Positions 1 to 8,780 of a stretch of 64,000 nt of DNA are shown in pieces. The position numbers and the translations under genes are program-made. Each line of letters begins with the position of its first letter. The first letter of the stretch is position 1. Under the pieces are notes generated by a model that worked only from the letters and a program-made list of their open reading frames with translations, was not told the DNA's origin and made no database searches. The DNA lies in sequence record MN988561.1. One strand, 5' to 3'.

Positions 1-26
1 AAATTCAGCATGACTTAACTTCTCGA

Positions 27-67
27 TAGGTTCACTTCACGTCCTTAAGGGATTCTTCTTTGAAGGG
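27..67 (+). promoter_or_regulatory. Bipartite promoter-like motif copy 1
   Basis: TAGGTTCACTT(27-37)-13nt-GATTCTTCTTTGAAGGG(51-67), followed by GGAG and ATG 83. Confidence 0.8.
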
Positions 68-82
68 TCGAAGGAGCCACCT

Positions 83-355
83 ATGTTTTACACGATCAAG
101 AAGAACTCTGAAAATTCGGACTATAAAATCTCGTCGTTTAACGACTATGAAACTCATCCGAACAATACCTATGAATTGAAAGTCAGAGGTAGAGCAGTCT
201 ATTGCAATTGTCCTGCAAGTAGACATGCTTGTCGTCACGTACAAATGTACTGGCGTACTAAAGAACAGAGTCTCCTTGATAAGCCTAACCTCATCGACTT
301 CACTAACAATAGTGAAATGATTGTCAAACCTATCAAAGCTTTCATCGTGGAGTGA
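83..355 (+). CDS. SWIM-type zinc finger protein
   Basis: YCNCPASRHACRHV fits the CxC-x(n)-CxH SWIM signature, preceded by a beta-rich Y-x-V segment. Confidence 0.75.
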   Translation: MFYTIKKNSENSDYKISSFNDYETHPNNTYELKVRGRAVYCNCPASRHACRHVQMYWRTKEQSLLDKPNLIDFTNNSEMIVKPIKAFIVE

Positions 356-358
356 ATC

Positions 359-583
359 ATGGCTAAGCCTACATGCTGCTGGGTAATCCGTCCTGCTTCC
401 TATAATAAGGAGACTGGTGAATCTGTTAAGGCTATCTATTGTGGTAAGCCTGTACGCTACAAGATTGAAATTGACGACGATATGAATAAACGTCGTAAGT
501 ACAACAATCTTTGTGATACTCATCAGAAAGAGTCTGATGAGATTTCTAAGAATAATCCAGATGATGATTGGGATTTTACCTGA
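359..583 (+). CDS. Hypothetical small Cys-containing protein
   Basis: ORF track; + strand, follows 83..355 by 3 nt. Confidence 0.6.
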   Translation: MAKPTCCWVIRPASYNKETGESVKAIYCGKPVRYKIEIDDDMNKRRKYNNLCDTHQKESDEISKNNPDDDWDFT

Positions 584-607
584 TCATCTACAGTAAAGGA
601 GAGTAGT

Positions 608-1123
608 GTGAAACTTATCGTAGCTGTTAGTCAGAATGATGTCATAGGTACAGAGTTGAATGGTAGACATATCATTCCCTGGAGTCTACCTTCTGATATG
701 GCTAGATTTGCAAGATTGACAAGTAATCATACTCTGATATGTGGAAGGAGGACTTATGAATCTCTACCTTCCACTTTTGAATTAGGTAATCGAGATATTA
801 TCATTCTTACTAGAAAGAATAGAATGAAATCTTCTGATCCTCGTATTCGTTATGCGAGTAGTCGAACTGACGTCATGGAAATGATTCAAGGAGAGGAAGA
901 TCGTACTGCAGTCATTGGAGGATCTGAAGTTTATGCTCAGTTCGTCGATGATTGCGACGAGGTATGCATCACATTCGTTCAAGTAGAAGTTGAATACGGT
1001 ACAGCATATTTTCCATCGAAGTTCTTGAAGTCAAATGGATGGACTCCGATGCTTACTCATATTGAACGTCATGTTGACGATGAGTACGATACTGTATTCC
1101 AACATTACAAGAGGTCGTCATGA
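608..1123 (+). CDS. folA: Dihydrofolate reductase
   Basis: LIVAVSQNDVIG...IPWSLPSDMARF...ICGRRTYESLP...VIGGSEVY...YFP motifs; GTG start with AAGGAG SD. Confidence 0.95.
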   Translation: MKLIVAVSQNDVIGTELNGRHIIPWSLPSDMARFARLTSNHTLICGRRTYESLPSTFELGNRDIIILTRKNRMKSSDPRIRYASSRTDVMEMIQGEEDRTAVIGGSEVYAQFVDDCDEVCITFVQVEVEYGTAYFPSKFLKSNGWTPMLTHIERHVDDEYDTVFQHYKRSS

Positions 1124-1446
1124 AGTATCATTTAGAGATTTTCAGTTTCATCAACGATCGTGATCGTCTGAAACGCGATAATCCTCTACTTCCTGCAGGT
1201 CCTGTACTGAAAGGAGAAACTCTGTACACTATTCGAGATATCGTGTCTGATCGGTATTTCAATTGGTGCTACATTCACCAGCACTCAGCTGAATTCATCA
1301 TGAAGAAGATGATGGAGAACTGGGAAGCTCATCCTGAGATGGTGGAGAGGAATCTGAAGTCGTCATTCTTACCGACTTATCAGAAATCTGTCCACTCCAC
1401 CCGTACACCTAGTGAATTGGAGGCTACGTTCCATGAAACTGATTAA
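1120..1446 (+). CDS. Hypothetical protein
   Basis: ORF track; ATGA overlap with DHFR stop. Confidence 0.6.
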   Translation: MKYHLEIFSFINDRDRLKRDNPLLPAGPVLKGETLYTIRDIVSDRYFNWCYIHQHSAEFIMKKMMENWEAHPEMVERNLKSSFLPTYQKSVHSTRTPSELEATFHETD

Positions 1447-2221
1447 AGGTAAGGACTACTACGATAGTGCTCTTGCATTCGGACGAGATGAGTCTATCAT
1501 CTTCGTACGTAAGAGTGAGACGCTGAGTCGTAAAGATGCCAGAGAGCGTCAACTATCCTATACAGGTATGCATTGGACTCCTACGATTTACATGAAGAAT
1601 CATCGAGGAGATACCATGAAGAATCATCGAGGAGATACCATCAAGAAAGATATGAGCACATGGAAGCATCCTGATGGTCATTCTATAACGATGGATGCGA
1701 TATCTATACTTCTTGCAGGTAAGCTTTATCGTGGACTGAAGACCACCAAGAAGGCTCACTGGACTCATGGTAGTCTATCTGACGAGATTGAGATCTTCTG
1801 GGCTAAGGACTCTTTCACAAGATACATGAACAAGCACGACATGTATCCGTTTCAGTCTGAGTCCTTCACTCATCCGAATTCTACGATTGACATGTACTTC
1901 TTGCCTGACAATCAGACTCAGCAGAAGACGATGGAGTTTATGATCGAACATAAGATGTCGATCATGACAGTTGACGATAGTGTAGGTGAGTGGCACGATC
2001 CTAATGGATATGTCGTCATCGATGGAGATAACCTGAAGGACTACTGCTTGCAGAAGATCGTAGGTCCGTATACGGTTATGCAGGAATTGTCAATGTGGAT
2101 CGGAGGAGTTCTTCCTAAGGATGGACCTCCTATGGTTCAGATCGAAGATGACAAGACCAAGATCAAGAAGCATGGCATGGATCGTTGGTCATTCAGAAAG
2201 ATGGGATCTAAATCCAGATGA
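1433..2221 (+). CDS. Hypothetical protein with an internal 8-aa duplication
   Basis: GGAGG SD at 1419-1423 favours ATG 1433; MKNHRGDT x2. Confidence 0.7.
   Translation: MKLIKGKDYYDSALAFGRDESIIFVRKSETLSRKDARERQLSYTGMHWTPTIYMKNHRGDTMKNHRGDTIKKDMSTWKHPDGHSITMDAISILLAGKLYRGLKTTKKAHWTHGSLSDEIEIFWAKDSFTRYMNKHDMYPFQSESFTHPNSTIDMYFLPDNQTQQKTMEFMIEHKMSIMTVDDSVGEWHDPNGYVVIDGDNLKDYCLQKIVGPYTVMQELSMWIGGVLPKDGPPMVQIEDDKTKIKKHGMDRWSFRKMGSKSR
1592..1639 (+). repeat. Exact 24-bp tandem duplication
   Basis: ATGAAGAATCATCGAGGAGATACC twice (1592-1615, 1616-1639), in frame. Confidence 0.97.
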
Positions 2222-2420
2222 CTGCAAGTGCACTTTTGAGAATCAAGGATTCGCATCTCGTCATTCCTCATATCATTCATGTATCTTCTGTCAGAGAAGA
2301 TGGATTTGCTAAGATATATGAGGTGACGATGTCAAGCGGTTTGAGAATAGATATGCATGATAACATATTAACTAAAGAACGACTCCTAGAGGAGATCGAG
2401 GTTTACTGGAGGAATAGATA

Positions 2421-3071
2421 ATGGAAATTCGTAGGTTTATCGGAGACGTACACGGTAAGTACTCTCAGTACAAGAAGATCCTGAAGGAGTCTCCATATCC
2501 TACGATTCAAGTTGGTGATATGGGAGTAGGCTTCTACGAAAGAGATCGTGTTACTCATGAGATCAAGGCATCTGCCAATCCTCCGTATGATCTCATGGTG
2601 AAAGCTGAAGCTAGATTCGAAAGAGGTAATCATGATAATCCGAGAGTATGTAAGAATCATACTCAGTGGATTCCTGATGGCCATACAGAGACAATCGGTA
2701 AGTCTAAGGTCATGTTCATTGGAGGTGGCCTCAGTATCGATCGTGGAATGCGTATCGAAGGTGAATCTTGGTGGCCGGATGAAGAACTCAGTATGACTGA
2801 GTTGTATGATATGGTCGACAAGTATGCTGAATATCGTCCAGACGTTATGGTAACTCATGACTGCCCAGACATTATGGCTGCTATTATCTTCGGTGTGACA
2901 GATAAAGGTAATTATCCATCACGTACTCGGCAGGCATTTCAATCTATGTTCGAGATCTATCAACCTAAATTGTGGATCTTTGGTCATTGGCATAGGTCAG
3001 CCAGGTATCATCACAACGGAACGAAATTCATATGCTTAGCAGAATTAGAATACTTGGATATCGAACTTTAA
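2421..3071 (+). CDS. Calcineurin-like metallophosphoesterase
   Basis: GDVHG, QVGDMG, RGNHD, VTHDCP, FGHWH motifs in canonical order. Confidence 0.92.
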   Translation: MEIRRFIGDVHGKYSQYKKILKESPYPTIQVGDMGVGFYERDRVTHEIKASANPPYDLMVKAEARFERGNHDNPRVCKNHTQWIPDGHTETIGKSKVMFIGGGLSIDRGMRIEGESWWPDEELSMTELYDMVDKYAEYRPDVMVTHDCPDIMAAIIFGVTDKGNYPSRTRQAFQSMFEIYQPKLWIFGHWHRSARYHHNGTKFICLAELEYLDIEL

Positions 3072-3083
3072 ATGAACTCAGTG

Positions 3084-3127
3084 AATGCAGATTAGCGATA
3101 CAGATAATGGCATTGCTAATCTGCATT
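3084..3127. repeat. 16-bp intergenic inverted repeat (hairpin)
   Basis: AATGCAGATTAGCGAT (3084-3099) pairs with ATTGCTAATCTGCATT (3112-3127), one G-T pair. Confidence 0.85.
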
Positions 3128-3367
3128 GATTTCTGGGTAGCAGTCCTGAAATATGGTTTCAGACTATGGTGAATAAGATGTTTCAAGACAACGTATCAAA
3201 GGTCCTCAAGCCTTCCTCTGAGTGGAGCGTTCTGAAGAACGTTACTGTTATGGATCCTGATGGATGGGATCGTCAGAACTTCGAGATCAGTTGGAATGAA
3301 TTGATCTCAGAGGAAGAATTCGATCGACGTGCAATGATGTCAACTGTACTCTTTGTTAGGAAAGACG

Positions 3368-4096
3368 ATGTTCAATCTGACATTAGCTAAATTTGTACTC
3401 GAAGCTCATAAGTCTGATAAAGACATCACCAGTCGTAATGGATACGGTGGATACAATATCCACAAGGAATCTTATGGATTTCTTCAGAAGATTGAGAAGA
3501 AGTTCGGAGCTAAGAGTGTAGCTGATCTCGAACGAATGATCAAGAAAGAAGAGACCAGACGTAAGACTCCTGTACCAGATCCTAATCCGATCTACAAGAA
3601 TCAGCGTGCTCGGTATCGTCTTCTCAGAGACTATCTTGGAAATAGTTCAGACCTGAATGTTTACATCAGCAGCCAGGAATGGGACGTACATAACTATTTA
3701 GGTCAAGGATGGGTTGAGAAATTTAAGAGTGATTCCATTCTCCACCGTTGGTGCTGGAATGTGATGAAGCTCCAGTTTGATCTCGATGCTTTGATCATCA
3801 AAGTGCGTACTCATTCTAATGTTGTAGGCTTCGAGAAAACTAATGAAGAGAATGATATCACCTGGACTGAATTCGTCCTAGGTGAGCAAGCTCTCAATAA
3901 GTATATTGAGATCCTGGAGATCCGTGCTAATCGTAAAGCTGAACGTGAGTACGAAGAGCATCAAGAGTATCTTCGTCGTCTAGCTATTGAAGATTGGAAA
4001 CGTGAACAGTTAGCTAAGATTCGTCTTGTACAAATCAGAGACGATGTCAAGGATAAGTCTCGAGCTGACAAAAGGAAGAGGAGAGTAGCAGTATGA
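3368..4096 (+). CDS. Hypothetical protein, charged helical C-terminus
   Basis: ORF track 3353..4096; ATG 3368 follows AGGA. Confidence 0.65.
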   Translation: MFNLTLAKFVLEAHKSDKDITSRNGYGGYNIHKESYGFLQKIEKKFGAKSVADLERMIKKEETRRKTPVPDPNPIYKNQRARYRLLRDYLGNSSDLNVYISSQEWDVHNYLGQGWVEKFKSDSILHRWCWNVMKLQFDLDALIIKVRTHSNVVGFEKTNEENDITWTEFVLGEQALNKYIEILEIRANRKAEREYEEHQEYLRRLAIEDWKREQLAKIRLVQIRDDVKDKSRADKRKRRVAV

Positions 4097-4785
4097 CTAA
4101 GATTCGACATATTTCTTTCGACGTATGGAATACTCTAGTAATTCCTAATCCAGATTATGCCAGAGCACGATCCATGTACCTTGGTAAGGTATTCGATATG
4201 GTCTCGGAGGATTCTGCTAAGCTCTACTCGAGAGTTAAAAAGTGGATCGATGAACTTGCTGTCCAGACTGGTATGGGTCCTGATGCTGAGAGCAATGTAC
4301 TCATGCTTCTGAATACGGCTGATCGTTATGCAGATCCTCAGGAGATCCTTATTAACTTTGAGAATCTCTTCTTCAAGTATCCTCCGATTATTCATCATGC
4401 AGTACGTGATGGACTTCGTACGCTGAAGCATCACGGGTATACGTTCTCCGTTGCTAGCAATAGCAATTTCATATCTGGCAGAACGATGACTAAGTTCATT
4501 CATGCTGAATTTGGATGCATGGCTTATGAAGTTTACTCTGATCTCGAAGGTTATGCTAAGCCTCATCTCAGATTCTTTGAAGAAGTATTTCATGGTGCGA
4601 GGTTACAAGGTCTCGCAGACTACTCGAGTGAAATTCTACATGTCGGAGATCACGAGATCTGTGACGTGAAGGGTGCAAGCGACTACGGATTTAAGTCATT
4701 ACTTTTCACCAATCCTGAAGATATGTCCAAAGTTATTAAGAGAGTCCAGCAAAATGAACAACCACCAAGTGTATTATGCGCATAA
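4093..4785 (+). CDS. HAD-superfamily hydrolase
   Basis: Motif I ISFDVWNTL, motif II SVASNSN, motif III KPH, motif IV HVGDHEICDVKGA. Confidence 0.9.
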   Translation: MTKIRHISFDVWNTLVIPNPDYARARSMYLGKVFDMVSEDSAKLYSRVKKWIDELAVQTGMGPDAESNVLMLLNTADRYADPQEILINFENLFFKYPPIIHHAVRDGLRTLKHHGYTFSVASNSNFISGRTMTKFIHAEFGCMAYEVYSDLEGYAKPHLRFFEEVFHGARLQGLADYSSEILHVGDHEICDVKGASDYGFKSLLFTNPEDMSKVIKRVQQNEQPPSVLCA

Positions 4786-5608
4786 ATTTACTTCTATGGA
4801 AGATCTTCCATTCGATGCTGTAGACTACTGTGCTCTTAAGTTCGGATCTGACGAGGTAGCTCGTCGATTTGGATATGAATTAGCTGAGAAGTTCTTCGAG
4901 GAACATTCCAGTCGAATCGTGACGAATCATTGTGCAGTGATTCCATCTCCTTATAACTTCGTACCGAATGCAGCAACCATTCTATCGAAGCATTTCATTA
5001 ATCGTCTGAATGAACTCATCGTTGAGGTCAATGGCGATTACGTTGACTACGTTAGAATCCATCGTAAGGTCACATATACTGGTGACTTTGGTAAGCTCAA
5101 TGAGGATGCTCGTCGAAAGCTTATTGGACAGGATTCATTCTATGTCAACAAGCAGATTCTGAAGAATAAGCTCCTGATCTACTTGGACGACGTGATCATT
5201 ACTGGTGCTCACGAAGATCGTCTCAAGGAAGTCATGGTCAAGAACAAGATGAAGAATGATTGTTTCTTCGTCTACTATGGTAAGTACTTCGGTACTGAAC
5301 CTACGATCGAGAATAAGATCAACTTCGGAGGTATTGAAACTGTCGAAGATTATGTTAATTTTATTACCGATCGAGATCATCTCATTGTTCGTCCGATCAA
5401 GTACCTCCTAAGTCTACCTAATGAACAATTTAAGTTCTATCTCAACAAGACAAGTAGAACTCGTCTTGAGGAACTATTCCACTCATGCTTAGGTGAAGGG
5501 TACAATCGTATTCCTCAGTACCAGGAGAATTTTGTAGCTCTGAGAGATCAGGTCAAGTATCTGTCTGAAGAGAATAGAGTATCTCGAATTTATGACAAGG
5601 TAGGTTAA
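4754..5608 (+). CDS. ComF-like phosphoribosyltransferase (PRTase_3-like)
   Basis: PRPP-binding loop LIYLDDVIITGAHE; N-terminal Y..LKFGSDEVARRFGYELA; ATG 4754 likely start. Confidence 0.75.
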   Translation: MNNHQVYYAHKFTSMEDLPFDAVDYCALKFGSDEVARRFGYELAEKFFEEHSSRIVTNHCAVIPSPYNFVPNAATILSKHFINRLNELIVEVNGDYVDYVRIHRKVTYTGDFGKLNEDARRKLIGQDSFYVNKQILKNKLLIYLDDVIITGAHEDRLKEVMVKNKMKNDCFFVYYGKYFGTEPTIENKINFGGIETVEDYVNFITDRDHLIVRPIKYLLSLPNEQFKFYLNKTSRTRLEELFHSCLGEGYNRIPQYQENFVALRDQVKYLSEENRVSRIYDKVG

Positions 5609-5802
5609 TGATTAATAAAATTGAGATCACTGAGCAGGAGTCAATAGAATTCAAACTTGAATTCGATCTTGCTGAAGTACGTAAATCTAACTATGTTATG
5701 GTCCCTATCAGTCTAGCTCGTAAGATTGATGCGTACTTCACAGAGGAGTTCAAGCGTAATCCTACGTTTGATCCTACGACTAACACCTTCAAGTAATCAT
5801 CG

Positions 5803-5836
5803 GCCCTCATCTATGAAAGTAGGTGAGGGCTATTTT
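5803..5836 (+). terminator. Intrinsic terminator
   Basis: GCCCTCATCTA-tgaaag-TAGGTGAGGGC followed by TATTTT. Confidence 0.8.
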
Positions 5837-5856
5837 CATGCATCATAGGTGGAACC

Positions 5857-6420
5857 ATGATCTTTAGTCTTAGTAATTCAGAATACTTCAGTCTTGCAGA
5901 TGCAGTATGCACAGCTGAAGACTCTCAAGGTCGAGTACCTGTTAACAAGAATATCGTCAGGAAACTTATTACATATCTCGAAGCTGAGAAGTTCTTTAAT
6001 CTCGGTACGGTATGTTGTGTATTGCTACCAGTCGAAGATGGTCTACTATTGATTCGTCGTAATCGTAAGAGTGATCCTGGATTTGGTATGGTAGCACTTC
6101 CTGGTGGATTCCAGAAGGGTAAACAAGCTCAAAATATGTACGATGCTGCAGTAGAAGAAGTCCTAGAAGAGACAGGGATCGTAATTCATAAAGAGAATCT
6201 AAAGCTCGTGTACGGCGATACGGACGAATATGAGCACAATGTTCTATTCTTCTTGCATAATGGTCTACTTGGTAAGGCATCAATGTACATTGAGAAATTC
6301 GTACCTTCAGATGACGAGGTATCGGAGCTAGTCTACATTACTGAGCCTGTTGATACTGCATTCCCAATGCATAGTGAACAGATCAAGAAATTCTTCGAGA
6401 AGAAGTTCGCTCGACGATAG
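5857..6420 (+). CDS. Nudix hydrolase
   Basis: LLLIRR...ALPGGF...AAVEEVLEETG Nudix box. Confidence 0.9.
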   Translation: MIFSLSNSEYFSLADAVCTAEDSQGRVPVNKNIVRKLITYLEAEKFFNLGTVCCVLLPVEDGLLLIRRNRKSDPGFGMVALPGGFQKGKQAQNMYDAAVEEVLEETGIVIHKENLKLVYGDTDEYEHNVLFFLHNGLLGKASMYIEKFVPSDDEVSELVYITEPVDTAFPMHSEQIKKFFEKKFARR

Positions 6421-6458
6421 GTGCAGTTGGGTCCTTCGAAGGCTTCTTCCTTGTAAGG
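6418..6458 (+). promoter_or_regulatory. Bipartite motif copy 2
   Basis: TAGGTGCAGTT-13nt-GCTTCTTCCTTGTAAGG; the TAG is also the Nudix stop codon. Confidence 0.72.
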
Positions 6459-6503
6459 CCTTCGAGCCTTCTCCATCATCGTCTTAAATCGCAGGAGATT
6501 GAA

Positions 6504-7376
6504 ATGAGCATGCAGTTGGATACTTTGTTCCCGTATAAATTCCTTCACGACTACTGGTACTCTCAAGGGAGTATCATTCACTTCGGTCGTCAGTACTGGA
6601 AGCAGTACGGATTCTGGAAGGTCGACGGTAAGATTCTTGTACGCGTCGATATGGAAGGTCAGGAGATACTCCCTCTCGAGACAGATACCATTCCCACGAA
6701 TCCACGAGGATGGCATCTCGTCCATAAGGTACCAAATCGGTTTATCGTCCAACCTGCTCTGATCTCCTACAATGCTAAGGCACTCGAGATCTATATGCTC
6801 GAGCCTGATGAAGTCGTCATCGAACGTGAACGACTTGCAGAGGAAGATCGTCAACGTCGGATCCGTGAGTACGATGAATGGTATGAAGCTGCAACTCCTC
6901 TGATGAGGAAAATGAGAGGATTCGACTGGTCGTTCAAGATGGCGGATCAGTCCTACCCTGACAAGTATCGTCAAGAGGATGAGATCATAGCAGAGCTCGA
7001 GACTCTTCCATACGAAGAAGCACTTGATCTCATGGCTAAGTATGGTGGAGGTCAGACTGATGGATCTGATAAGCCAGATTATCGGAAATGCCCTGGATTC
7101 AAGTATCCAGATGTAGCTCTCGTATCCTATAACTACAAGGATCACAAGAAGGATTGCTGGGATAAGTGGTCTCTGGTCCGTAATGGAGTTGAGGATGTGA
7201 TCTATGATGGTCCAGCTCGTCGCTACAAATACGAGACAGATCATCTTGGGATCATCTTTGAGAAGTATCTCAAGACTGGTCTCATCACTCTCGATACTCC
7301 CATCTTCACTGAAGGTCGTCAATGGTCGACCGTAGGTGGACTTGAACAATTCAAGCAGAAGGATCAGGTAGCATGA
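6504..7376 (+). CDS. Hypothetical protein (290 aa)
   Basis: First ORF after motif copy 2, AGGAG SD. Confidence 0.75.
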   Translation: MSMQLDTLFPYKFLHDYWYSQGSIIHFGRQYWKQYGFWKVDGKILVRVDMEGQEILPLETDTIPTNPRGWHLVHKVPNRFIVQPALISYNAKALEIYMLEPDEVVIERERLAEEDRQRRIREYDEWYEAATPLMRKMRGFDWSFKMADQSYPDKYRQEDEIIAELETLPYEEALDLMAKYGGGQTDGSDKPDYRKCPGFKYPDVALVSYNYKDHKKDCWDKWSLVRNGVEDVIYDGPARRYKYETDHLGIIFEKYLKTGLITLDTPIFTEGRQWSTVGGLEQFKQKDQVA

Positions 7377-7849
7377 TGACAGGTGAAGCAGGTCTCCTCG
7401 AATCGTCTAGACCTCAGATGAATAAGGAATTCATCGAATTCCTCGAGGCTAATAGCAAGGCAGTATCTGCTCCAGCTTATTGGCATGCTCGAGGGATCGG
7501 ATATGAGTGGAATCTGCCATGCTTGGTCACAGGAGTGCACGATAAAAATGCTCTCATGGAGAACATCAGTGGATTCGTATCCACTCGTGAAGAAGGATAT
7601 CGTGTCGTCAACATGTTCTTTGGTGGACGTGCTAGACTCGATGTGCGTAAGCATGAACCTAACTATCTTCAAGTGAAGGTAGGAGTCATGAAGGAACATC
7701 GAGAAGTTCTTGAACGACTCATGGATGCCAATACGATCTCTGGTGGTATTCTTACCATCAAGAATGTTATGTGGGCTATCGATCCTGAGAATCATCCTGG
7801 ATACGATCCCATCAAGAAGCTCAAAGAGATAGCGGAGTACTATAAATGA
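7373..7849 (+). CDS. Hypothetical protein
   Basis: ATGA-coupled to upstream ORF. Confidence 0.65.
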   Translation: MMTGEAGLLESSRPQMNKEFIEFLEANSKAVSAPAYWHARGIGYEWNLPCLVTGVHDKNALMENISGFVSTREEGYRVVNMFFGGRARLDVRKHEPNYLQVKVGVMKEHREVLERLMDANTISGGILTIKNVMWAIDPENHPGYDPIKKLKEIAEYYK

Positions 7850-7927
7850 TTTAGATCTGAGCACAATCGTCAACTCAACCTCAGTGAAAATGTGAATAAA
7901 ACTCAAGTGATTCAAGGAGAATCCAAA

Positions 7928-8719
7928 ATGAATAATCCTTTCAGCAAGAACATGATGGACCGTATGTTCAAGCAGGTCGACGGTGTCGTCTGGGACCTGA
8001 TGTCTGGTTCGAAGATCGGTATCAAGACGAAGGAAGGTATTGCTACTGTCGATCTCAATCTCGAAGATGAGACTGCAGCAGTAGCTCCTGTCAAAACGAC
8101 TCGTCGTAAGGCAGGTGCAGAACCTGTAGCTCCTCTCGCTATTCCTACTCCGTCTCCGATCATGGAAGCTCCGGATGCTCAGGTTTCGATCAATCTGTTC
8201 GATGACTTCGGTATGGCTCTGCCTGCATTCGCTCAATCGACTCCTGTCGAGGCTATCGGTCTCGGCGACATGATCTGGAACTCGGCTCAGAATCGTGTCA
8301 TGGGATGGGTCGTCAAGGTCAGTCCCAATCGTAAGAGCTTCAAGGTCCTCAAGACGGATGGTACTCGTAGCGAGTGGTCTCCTCCGAAGGTCAATGTACT
8401 CGGATTCGAGACTGGTACGATGGTCGTACGTTCTCTGATCAACATGCTTCCTGGTGGAGCTACTGGTCAGAATGGTCTGGAAGGTATGCAGTCGTCTCTC
8501 GGTCAGATGCTCATGATGTCGTCCATGATGGGTGGCAGTGAAGGTGACTCTGAGAACATGCTCAAGGACATCATGCCGATGATGCTCATGTCGCAGATGG
8601 GCATCGGTGGTGCTCAGGGTGGTATGGGTCAGATGATGCAGACCATGATGATGATGAAAATGATGGGTGGTATGAATCGCGGTAGCGGTGGTACCAAGCG
8701 TAGTTTTTTCGACAACTAA
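7928..8719 (+). CDS. Met/Gly-rich low-complexity protein (263 aa, short isoform)
   Basis: AAGGAG SD then ATG 7928; central SH3/KOW-like segment (IGLGDMIWNS...GWVVKV); C-terminus GQMMQTMMMMKMMGGM. Confidence 0.85.
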   Translation: MNNPFSKNMMDRMFKQVDGVVWDLMSGSKIGIKTKEGIATVDLNLEDETAAVAPVKTTRRKAGAEPVAPLAIPTPSPIMEAPDAQVSINLFDDFGMALPAFAQSTPVEAIGLGDMIWNSAQNRVMGWVVKVSPNRKSFKVLKTDGTRSEWSPPKVNVLGFETGTMVVRSLINMLPGGATGQNGLEGMQSSLGQMLMMSSMMGGSEGDSENMLKDIMPMMLMSQMGIGGAQGGMGQMMQTMMMMKMMGGMNRGSGGTKRSFFDN

Positions 8720-8780
8720 GCTCTGATTCTGGAGAGGATGGATCTCGGATTAGACTCCGAGATCTGTCTTCGGAGCTTAG
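8704..8780 (+). other. Predicted programmed -1 ribosomal frameshift signal
   Basis: Slippery heptamer T_TTT_TTC (8704-8710) in phase with 7928..8719; 5-nt spacer; stem-loop 8716-8780; the -1 frame opens right after TAG 8701-8703 and stays open to 9147. Confidence 0.75.
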
